NCBI RefSeq assembly: GCF_006345805.1
Contig: NC_042998.1
Span: forward strand, 42,904,001 to 42,968,000
Reading direction: 5' to 3'
DNA from: Octopus sinensis
Taxonomy: Eukaryota
DNA: 64,000 nt
Part shown: in pieces, positions 24,789 through 35,880 of the stretch
Numbering within the stretch: the stretch's first letter is position 1
How the letters are laid out: every line of letters starts with the position of its first letter
The notes under the pieces: generated by a model
Told to the model about the DNA's origin: nothing
The model's database searches: none
What the model saw: only the letters and a program-made list of their open reading frames with translations
Position numbers and translations under genes: made by a program

Positions 24789-25476
24789 ATATATATAAGA
24801 AATTAAAAAAAGGAAAATACACACACTTTACATAGTTTTAATATTAAAAATTATATTAAAACTATGTAAAGTGCGTGTATTTTCCTTTTTTAATTTCTTA
24901 TATATATATGTATGTGTGTGTGTGTGTGTGCGTGTGTGTGTGTAATATATTATGTATATTAGATCGAAGTTGAAAATGCACTGGGATTCGTTAAAATTTT
25001 TTTATTAAAAAAATTTTTAAAGACTTCACTGGTTTCACAAATTTCTTTGATTTTCAAAAGTTGAGACAGAAAGATGTGGAGCCATGTTGCAGCAGTTTTG
25101 CAAGACAGAGAAATCTGTGAAACTGGTTAAATCTTTAAGAATTTCAAAAATGAAAATCTAAATGAATACCATGCATTTTCAACTTCTTTTTTTCTATATT
25201 TCTACCTGTGTGGAATAAAATAATTTTTTTTGTGATATATATATATATATACATACATATATATATAAATAAATACAAAATGGGACAAGAACACAAAACA
25301 TTCAAATAGACGATACAAAAAACACGGACGGATCATTGAAAGCCTCTAATCTTCAGTCAAGAACCAGATCATCCTCGCACCGGTTCTTGACTGAAGATTA
25401 GAGGCTTCAAATGACCTGTCTGTGTTTTTTGTATCGTCTATTTGAATGTGTTGTGTTCTTGTCCCATTTTGTATTT
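24789..25476. repeat. Three adjacent foldback palindromes separated by (TA)/(TG) tracts
   Basis: 24789-24907 (arms about 55 bp, 8-nt loop), 24966-25186 (degenerate arms) and 25271-25476 (arms 95 bp, 16-nt loop). Confidence 0.85.
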
Positions 25477-27745
25477 TCATACATATATATATAGCAGCGT
25501 ACGTACACCTTGTTTTATATATATATATATATATATATAATCTTTTGTATTGTTAATTAATATTTTCTTGGCTATGGCATATAACCAACCAGTCAGAAAT
25601 TGCACTTGGCAGTATTGATGACTCTCGGGACATGTAGGCCAGAAGCACTTAGGTAAAAGGAGCTATGTGTTTCTGGCCAATATATGTGAAGAGTCATCAT
25701 TATTGCTATGTGCAATTGATGGCAGATAACAGTCAGTAACTGCAAGAGCCAGTAATATACTATTCAACAATACAAAAGTATAATGGCTCAATTTCTCTTT
25801 TAGAGTGTTTTCTTTCTGACTTCTGGACAACTAACCAATAACAAACATGCACACATGCATACATGCAAGTACACACATGCATGCACACACTCACTCTCTC
25901 ACACACACACTCTCTCTCTCTCTATTTAGGAAAATTTAAGAGTCCACTTTCATTAAAAATCTTGATGTTAGAACATATTTCAATATTTTATACAGAAAAT
26001 ATTTTATTTTCATAATGTAACTTCTGCATGACAAAATATACGTTTTGAAAATCAAACAAGTTTTAAAATGCAAATGAAAATTGCCTGTTTTATATTTAAA
26101 TGCAATAATAATACGTATGTATAATTAAAAAAAAATGAACAAAACCTAAATGCTTAGAGTCATAACAATGTTTACAATTTCAATGCAGTATTAGCAGACA
26201 TATTACAGTTTCTATACAGAACTTTCTCAAAAGGACCCTAAAAAAAGTAGCAGTGATTTCTTGTGCCTATATTTTATCTTCTTATATTCACATGCTATAT
26301 TTTCAGGGTTCACCAATTTAAATCTTTTGACTCTTGTAAAATTACAAAATATTTTTTTAGAGCTATAAAGATATGTTAAATAGATATCAAGATATGTTAA
26401 TAGGATTTGGGTCAACTGGAATCAATATCTGGAACTAAGCACCACAAAAGTGAAACAATAAAGGTAAACAAATGGGAGTACCTTTATGGGGAGAAGGGGC
26501 AAATGATCTGCTAAAAATAGCATCCATATTTCCATTAAATCACAACCTACTATCATAATCCTTTTGTTATCATGCTTCTGTTGAAACACACCACCTTTGT
26601 TTCAATGAATTTTGAAAATAATAAAGTTAGTAAAATACTTTGTAATTATTAAGTTGATGTCTGGAACAAATTTTGATGGAAAATTTTAACTTGGAAAATT
26701 AAAAAAAAAAGAAGTTTGTACCGTAGAACCAGAAGCAGTCTCAGATGGGTTGGTAACAAAGGGGTTTTAAAAAAGGAGACATTGAATAACATTTTTAGAT
26801 GCATTTCTAAAAAGAGACACAGGATGGTTATGGCTGGAATGCGTTTGATCATAAGTTTGTTCATACAAAGTTTACTTGGAGCTAAAAAATAATAACAAAA
26901 TAAGTGTAAATTACAAATTTCAGATTGTAGTCAAAACATAAGGATCCAACAGACCAATGCTTTTTTCATAGAGATGGGAACAGGCAAATTGCCATATTTA
27001 GTAACGATACAGTTATTTTAAAACTTTTTATGAAACTTGTCCAGCATCATGGCAAAGAAAGAAAATATATATGAATGCAAATTCTTTTGCTTTTTCATTG
27101 ATATAAACTGGCACTCCATTGATTACAACTACGAGGGTTCCAGCTAATCTGATCACTGGAACAGCCTGCTTGTGAAACTAATGTGCAAGTGGCTGAGCAC
27201 TCCACGAGCACTTGTAACCCTTAACATAATTAATTCTCCAGAAGATTCAGTATGGTCCTTTGAAATACAGGTACTACTCATTTTTGTCAGCTGAGTGGAC
27301 TGGTGCAACATGAAATAAAGTGTCTTGCTCAAGGATACAGTGTACTGCTGAGAATTGAACTCATGACCTTACGATCGTGAGCTGAATGCCCCTAACCACT
27401 AAGCCATGTGCCTTCACTTTCATTGATATAGAGTGGGAGACAAAAACAATAAAAAAAAGAATTCACTAATATTTGGTGTCAGGGAGTTGAGTGAGTATTT
27501 GGTATTTGTTCATTCAAGAACCATTGCTATAGGTTATTTCATCATGGTTATAAAATCAAATCAAAAATGTCATATTTTCACAATGCAAGGCTGAGTATGT
27601 AACTATATGTATTTTTTTTTTATCTTTTAATCAAAAGAGACGACAGTAAATTGGTGGGAGGAAGGGGATAGAGATATCTTCAAACCAGGACCTGGCCTGA
27701 ATGCCTGCAACAGAGTGGACTCCACTAAACACACACACACACACA

Positions 27746-27954
27746 TACTCTTTTACCTGTTTCAGTCATTTGACTGCAGCCATGCTGGAGCACCACCTTT
27801 AGTTGAGGAAATCGACCCCAGGACTTATTCTTTGTAAGCCTAGTACTTATTCTATCGGTCTCTTTTGCCAAACTGCTAAGTTACAGGGACGTAAGCACAC
27901 CAGCATCGGTTGTCAAGCGATGTTGGGGGGACAAACACAGACACACAAACATAT

Positions 27955-28016
<62 letters not shown>

Positions 28017-28203
28017 TATATATATACATACATACATATATATATACGACGGGCTTCTTTCAGTTTCCGTCTACCAAATCCATTCACAAGGCATTGGTTG
28101 GCCCGAGGCTATAGTAGAAGACACCTGCCCAAGGTGCCACGCAGTGGGACTGAACCCAGAACCATGTGGTTTGTAAGCAAGCTACTTACCACACAGCCAC
28201 TCC
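27746..28203 (-). mobile_element. SINE family 1, full length
   Basis: Reverse-complement copy with an expanded internal (TA)n. Confidence 0.85.
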
Positions 28204-28947
28204 AATATATATGGAGTCATAATTGATGGACTAATTTTGTATAACAGACAAAACAACAAAAAAAACATTCAAAATCAACAAAACATAATAATACTGAACC
28301 TTGGGGGGGGGGCATTATGCCGGTAATCCGGTGATAATAAACACCTGCAATTATTACTTTTTATGGTAGCAGGATGTTTAGAAATGATATAAATAAGTTT
28401 TTCTGCATGTAATAAAATAGCAATAAAAATAAAACTTAAAAATACTTGATTGTTTTTTGTTCTTAGATTAAATGCATTAAAAATATTTCTTACATTTGAA
28501 CGTATAAAAAAAAAAAAACAGACTTAAATAGTATGTGGAGCTTTGTAACAAAACTGGACATTACAAAATGACTAAATAAATACATAGTTTTTATAAGGCA
28601 CAAAGTTCTTTTGTTCATCATATGTACATCATGAAACAGACCATTGTCTGTATCTAAAAGGGAAAATAGTAATGTTGGTAATTACAGGGTAACAAAATGT
28701 ACTACAAAATACTGTAATACTGTTCACACATTTTTTTAAACAATAAAGTATATCAGTCGCTTTATGAAATTAAATATATGACAAGGGGTCAGGAATTATG
28801 TAATCAACTTCATTAGCTCACATCTGTTTCTGCTACAAGATGTTGTGCACTCAGAGTTGAGTGTTTGTGCATCATCGAATAGCTTCCTCAGAGCCTATGG
28901 TTAAAATGAACAGTTTCGATAAAATGGAACATTTACTATTACTGCTA

Positions 28948-29099
28948 TTAGGAATCCTCGTTCGTGGTTGCAGATGCTTGCTTTAATCGATAATAGTATA
29001 TGATATTGCTTATCAATAAAAGACAAGCGCCAATGAAAATTACAGCAGAAGAGAAGTAAAATGTATAATCATATAAGACAAAGGTGTCTTTTAGTTTAC
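28948..29099 (-). CDS. SLC16: SLC16 terminal coding exon 7 ([18 protein letters not shown]...TTNEDS*)
   Basis: Acceptor poly-T CAG at 29100, TAA at 28950-28948. Matches the MCT TM12 pattern GxLxDxxxxY. Confidence 0.9.
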
Positions 29100-30613
29100 C
29101 TGAAAAAAAAGGAAAAAAGAGATATATAATTGTAATATATTTGTTACAGTAACACAAGGCTATAATTCTCTAGGAGAGGGTTATATTTTACTACCTTGGT
29201 TCCTAGTGTAACTCAAGTCTAACTTTTGCCAATACACACTCACATACGCATGATGGGCTTCAAGACAGTTTTCATTTACCAAATTTACTCACAAGGCATT
29301 GCTCATTTTGGGGCTATAGTAGAAAACACTTGCTTCAGTTGCTATGCTGTGGAACCGAGCCCAAAACCACATAGCTGCAAAGTGAGTTTCTTAACCACAC
29401 ATCTATACTTGTTCCTACTTGATTAAATTTGAACAGAATAACATAGAATGAAATAACTAAATAATGCATCCCTATTTCTGCCCTTTCATTACTAAATACT
29501 AACTCTTAACACAAGCAGAAGGCCTCAGTTTTATATGAATCATATACTGGTTTGTCATTTTACTTTTGTTTTTAGATGCTTGAAATTTATTTAAGGCAGC
29601 ATATATTTTTTCAAGTATGGGAATGTAAACATCACATCAGTATTTTGCTCAGGCAATGAAAAGCAAATATCTGGAATATCAACATTCACGTACTTGGACA
29701 TGGACACATACATATACAGGTATGCATACCTAAAAATAAAATAAGTTATGCAAGATCATCATGATGCATATACATATATTTATATAAACATACAAGCTTG
29801 CTAGGATTTGAACCTGGAATCTTTTGATCTTTAATCAGACACATTATCCATTATGCCACACATAATGTAATAAAGTGTTCCATTAAAGAACTGTTATAAT
29901 TCAGTATTCAATTGCATTATGAACACCCACTGCAGAGGATGTAAATAACCATGATGGCAAAAAGTACATAACAGACAAATTATATAACCTGCATCTATTA
30001 TATATACAAATTATATAAACTGCATGTTTATCATAGTTTTCCCTACATTTTCTCTGTAGTAACTACACCACTTTACAGAAAATAGACCGGATGATGATAC
30101 TCTATGCTGTTGTGTGGAATTTTAGTTGTCAATATTGGGGGGGGGGGTTCCAGCAGCTCTGGTGTCATAGTGGAAGGGGCTGAAATACCGAGAGGGCTGC
30201 ATTATTGCCTGATGAGACATCAACTTTTGAATTCAGAGATGGAGTACACTGGCACCCTCAGCACATAAGTGTTTAGCCTATATATATCAGACGGTTCAAC
30301 CCTGATGAAACTTAAACTCAAAGCATAAACATCATCATCATTTAACATCTGCTTTTCATTACTTTTTTACTTGTTTCAGTCATTTGACTGCAGCTATGCT
30401 GGAGCACCGCCTTTAGTCGAGCACATCGATTCCAGGACTTATTCTTTGTAAGCCTAGTACTTATTCTATCGATCTCTTTTGCCAAACCGCTAAGTTACGG
30501 GGACGTAAACGCACCACCATTGCTTGTCAACCAATGTTGGGGGGGACAAACACCGACACACAAGCATACACACACACACATACACACACATACACACACA
30601 CACACATACATAC

Positions 30614-30696
<83 letters not shown>

Positions 30697-33600
30697 TATG
30701 ACGGGCTTCTTTCAGTTTCTGTCTACCAAATCCACTCACAAGGCTTTGGTCGGCCCGAGGCTATAGTAGAAGACACTTGCCCAAGGTGTCATGCAGTGGG
30801 AATGAACCCAGAACCATGTAGTTGGTAAGCAAGCTACTTACCACACAGCCACTCCTGCTGACATGGTTTGACATGGAGCTGGTTAGCATGGAGCTGTCCA
30901 GACTCCAACTGTCTGTTGTGGCGTGATTTCTATGACTGGATGTTCTTCCTAGCACCAACCTCTTAACAGAGTGTGCTGGGTGCCTTTTACATGCTACTGG
31001 CATGGATACATTTATGTAGCACCAGCACGGGTGCATTAATGCATCATTGGCACATGTATGTGGCACAAGTGCTTTTCAAGTGGCACCGACACCTGTAAAA
31101 ACCTGACTATATGTGTGGAAGACAGCGATTTTACTTAGCTTGACACATTTTATCAAGCACAGCAAATCACATCATAATTAAATAGTGCAGGGTATTTAGT
31201 CTAACTTGCTAGCATTCCACTAATGTCTAGTTCCTGATAAATTTCTTTGCCTAGTCTAAAACTGTTCTTCCTATATTGTTATTCTCTCATGAAGTTATCT
31301 GTCTTTTCTCCTTAAATGTCATAATATAGTTTCTTTTTCAATCGCTTTATGGCAAAAAAAATTACTGATAATTACATTTGTTTATTTTCTACATACCTTC
31401 TATTGGAGGCCCAATTAAGGCACCAAGTCCTTGGAAACAATTCGTCCATCCAAATGAACTTGATAATTTTTCAACACCTAATAGATCAACGATTATGACA
31501 GATTTCTGGGATACAAATGCACCACTCATAAAACCATATGCTGCAGTGATGGCAATAAATTCTGAATATTCAAATGCCAAGGGATAAAGGAAAACAATAA
31601 GGCCATTTAAGAAACATATCAGAGTGTAGCAATACCTGTAAATAGAAAAAAGTATTTAGATGTAGAACTTCAAAGTATATAATTACAAAGACAAAAAACA
31701 CTAATTAGTAACAACAGATAACACAAAATTGAGGTAATAATTGGGAAGAAACATTATTCAGTATTTAGGAACAGAAGTAAGGACTCAATGTAAATAGTGG
31801 GTACACAAAAGGTAGAGTGGAATCTCTGGTTTAATAGGAGACAAGAACTTTAAATGTGACAGGTGCACAGTAGTTAGCAAAGTCCATCTCCTCCTCACCG
31901 TGGTGGGGATGCTGGCAACGGGTAGTGTCAGAGCTATGCCGTCGGGAACTTCGGTTCCTGGTAGGGCCACCCAAGGCAGATTGGTCTGACACCGAGTGGT
32001 ATTAAGGCCACAACCCGGCAGACGGGGCTCTGGTGAAAATCCTCGGAGTGTCTGTTTCGGCAACCGGCGGCTCCTCAGTCGTTCTGTCCCTGCGTCTGTG
32101 GACAATCTGAGGCAAACAGGATGTCTCTACATGTGGGATTGTTGGGGACTGCTTGTGAAATCTACATATTCCCACAAAACTTCTTCCAAGGAAGAAGCCA
32201 ACTCAACTCGCCAGGGTGAATGTCGCCACAAGTACAAGTACAAGTAAGTTAACAATAAGAGCATCAAGGACATGAAGTTTATGTACAGCTATTATCTCAG
32301 TGATTTTTTTTTTAGTGATAAAAGAGGCTGGAAATATAGTATCCTGTGTAGGAAACAAGTGGAAGTCCAGAGAGCTTTTGTTAACTCTGTTGGTAATGAA
32401 AGGCTTTCTCACTTTGTGAATGCTGAGAGTATAATGTAAGAAGTATGATGTATACATTAATAAAACACAGACAATGAATATGGGGGCTCTGTTGAAGCTA
32501 GAGACAAAATAAATATGATCCAATGAATGTACAATTTTCATCTGTACAAAAGGCAGTAGGATATGAATGGTGGTGAAATAATAGACAGATAGACAAAGAG
32601 AGAGAGAGAGAGAGAATGAACATTAAAATAATTAACTACTGAATGCAGGAGAGATGACTGTATTTGAATGTAATGACAATTGCTTGTGTGTTGAAAGCAG
32701 AAGAGATCTGTATTAGAAGACAGCCTATGTCAACATGGAAAATGCAGAAATGCAGGAACAAAAAAAAAAAAAAAATTGGGTGATGAGATATATATTTTAA
32801 CATAGGAACAAAAAGTGTGAGATTTCGGGAAGGGATAACTTGGAATACACTTTTCAATGTTGAAATAATATGAAGATAGTAAGAAAATGAGTGAGAAGAG
32901 GAGCCAAAGAGGATCTTCTTTTGTGTATATGGAGAGGACGTTGGAAAGTTAGAAAGGAGACAGTAAATAATGCAACTTTATCTGCAGGAATACATTTAAG
33001 CTTCTTTTTTTTAAATATTACTCCCTAACATTCACTCTCTTTCTTTCTCTCACTACACCACCTTCCTTTCTGTTCATATTCCCTCAGGAGTGGCTGTGTG
33101 GTAAGTAGCTTGCTTACAAACAACATAGTTCTGGGTTCAGTCCCACTGTGTGGCACCTTGGGCAAGTGTCTTCTACTATAGCCTCGAGCCGACCAAAGCC
33201 TTGTGAGTGGATTTGATAGAAGGAAACTGAAAGAAGCCCATCGTATATATGCATATATATGTATGTGTGTGTGTGTGTATGTTTGTGTGTCTGTGTTTCC
33301 CCCCCCCACACACACACACATCGTTTGACAACCAATGCTGGTGTGTTTACGTCTCCGTAACTTAGCTGTTCTGCAAAAGAGACTGATAGAATAAGTATTA
33401 GGCTTACAAAGAATAAGTCCTGGGGTTAATTTGCTCGACTAAAGGTGGTGCTCCAGCATGGCCACAGTCAAATGATTGAAACAAATAAAAGATTAAAAGA
33501 GTACTTGGGTGAGAAATGGCAATGCACATCTGCCAGATGATTGGTTTCTCTGCCCTTCCAACCATGCCATTTATTTTGACATGAGAGTACAAGGTATAAG

Positions 33601-35825
33601 GAAAACTTTAGTTTTTGTAAACAGAGTCATGGTGAAATGCATCCAGTCTACTATGAAATTATTAGTAATAGGACAGGCAACTAGTTGTAATAATCTTATT
33701 AAAAATGAAGAACAGGATGGAAAAGACATGGATGTTGCAAGTAAGCTATCCATCTGGAAGAGTGATAATTCCAGAAGGAATTATTTAGTTCTACATCAGA
33801 CAACCTATTTACTGAGGTGTAATGAAATACTCCAACTCAATGTAAAGTGATTGGTGATAAGAAGAGCATCCATCCATCTCTGCTCTCCATTTCTGAGAGG
33901 TTTGTTGGGGCAGAGTCCTCAGGCACTTCCTCTAAAGGGTCCTATCAAAAGCAGTCATCATTTGACTTGGCAGCTCAATTCCCAAGCATGACCGACTGGG
34001 ATTATAGATATAATCCAATAATCTCAATCTTGGTCAATCCCCTAGGTTTTCTGCTGGTTGGGTTGGCTTGAAGGATTTGTCTTGTGAGTCTTTCCTATGA
34101 CATTTATAATCACATCTGTAGTACCAGAACTTTGACCTTTCAATGTGGAAAAGTAGTGACTTGACCTGGACAGACACCTAGATCTCTCAGCTATGCACCC
34201 CGTTGAATAAAATTACCCCAGAAATCCTTCACAACTCTATTCTGGCTATTGTGAAATTCATGCTAAAAATGGAAAGCATGAACATCATCATCATCGTCCA
34301 ATGTCCGTTGTTCATGTTGGCATGGGTTGGACAGTTTGACAAGAGCTGGCAAGCTGGGGAGCTGCACCAGACTCCAGTCTGAACAAAATGTAGGTTCCAT
34401 AAGCTTCATCATTAGCTACCAAAACCATTTTTGAAGGCAGTGATATTAAATTAGAATTGATACAGGGTAGGGGGAAAATTCTTTAGTCCTGTCACAGATA
34501 AGCTGTCTCAGGCTGGGTTTAAAAAAAAAAACAAGGCTGTTATTGTATGTAGTAAAGTGGTAAAAAGGACATCCAACCATAGAAATTATGTCAAAAAGGG
34601 AACAGTTTACAGAGCTATGAACTTTGAAAACTATCCTAACCTTCAAGGAGAATGGTAACTCCAAATAAAAATTGATATACATAAAAAAGAACATTTTAAT
34701 GTACTTATAGACATTTTTAGTGCTGGTGGCATTATAAAATGCATTCAATATACACTGTAAGACATAGACAACAACAAAATAGGACAGTTTTCTCTATTGC
34801 TGTATGTGGATGATGATACTAGCTGCATTTGGGAAACACTGAGAGACCCATCCAACTTATGCCAGCATGAAAAAAACAAATATTAAATGGTAATGGCAGT
34901 GAATAAGACAAAGGAGAAAAAGAAGGAGGAGGAGGAAGAGGAAGGGAAGAATGATGATGATAATAATAATAATAATAATGGTTTCAAATTTTGGCACAAG
35001 GCCAGCAATTTCTGGGGAGGGGATAAGTCAATTACAACAACCCCAGTGTTCAACTGCTGGTACTTATTTCATTGACCCTGAAAGGATGAAAGGCAAAGTT
35101 GACCTCAGTGGAATTTGAACTTGGAATGTAAAGATGGACAAAATGTTGCTGAGCATTTTGCTCAGCATGCCAATGACTTTTGCCAGCTCACTGCCTTAAT
35201 TATAATAATCCTTTCTACTAAAGGAACAAGGCCTGAAACTTTTGGGGAGGGGACTAGTCAATTACATTGTACCTAGTGTTTCACTGGTACTTATTATATC
35301 AATCCCCAAAAGATGAGAGGTAAAGTCAACCTTGGCAGAATTTGAACTCAGAGCGTAAAGATGGACAAAATGCTGCTAAGTAATGATTTTACCAGCTTGC
35401 CACCTTAGACAATTTATTGACTGAGACATAATTTATTGACCCCAAAAGGATGAAAGGTAAAGTTGAGCTTGGCAGAATTTGAACACAGAACATAGCGATG
35501 GATGGAATGCTGCTGGCATTCAGCCTGGCATGCTAATGATTCTGCCAGCTCACCACCTTAAATAATAATAATAATAATAATGGTTTCGAATTTTGCCACA
35601 AGGGCAGCAATTTTGGGGGAGGGGATGAGTTGATTACACTGACCTCAGTGTTCAACTGGTACTTATTTTATTGACCCCTAAAGGATGAATGGTAAAGTTG
35701 ACCTCGGCGGAATTTGAACTCATAACATAGCAACAGATGGAATGCTGCTAGCATTCAGCCCGGCATGCTAATGATTTTTCCAGCTCACCACCTTAAGTAG
35801 TAGTAGTAGTAGTAGTAGTAGTAAC

Positions 35826-35880
<55 letters not shown>

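Noticed and set aside
25391-25420. Hammerhead-like core CTGAAGA in the foldback arm
   Set aside because: The required GAAA is absent (reads CAAAT) and stem II lacks the closing pair, so at best a dead remnant.
30490-30828. Recurrent YIYIYI / [15 protein letters not shown] ORFs (also at 131, 2791, 27910, 33114, 48708, 59161)
   Set aside because: Readings of SINE family 1 and its internal microsatellite, not genes.
31881-32010. HDV-like or twister ribozyme assignment for the structured element
   Set aside because: I could not place P1/P3/L3/P1.1 or the twister UAA...GAG loop in a consistent order on either strand, so it is reported only as an unclassified structure.
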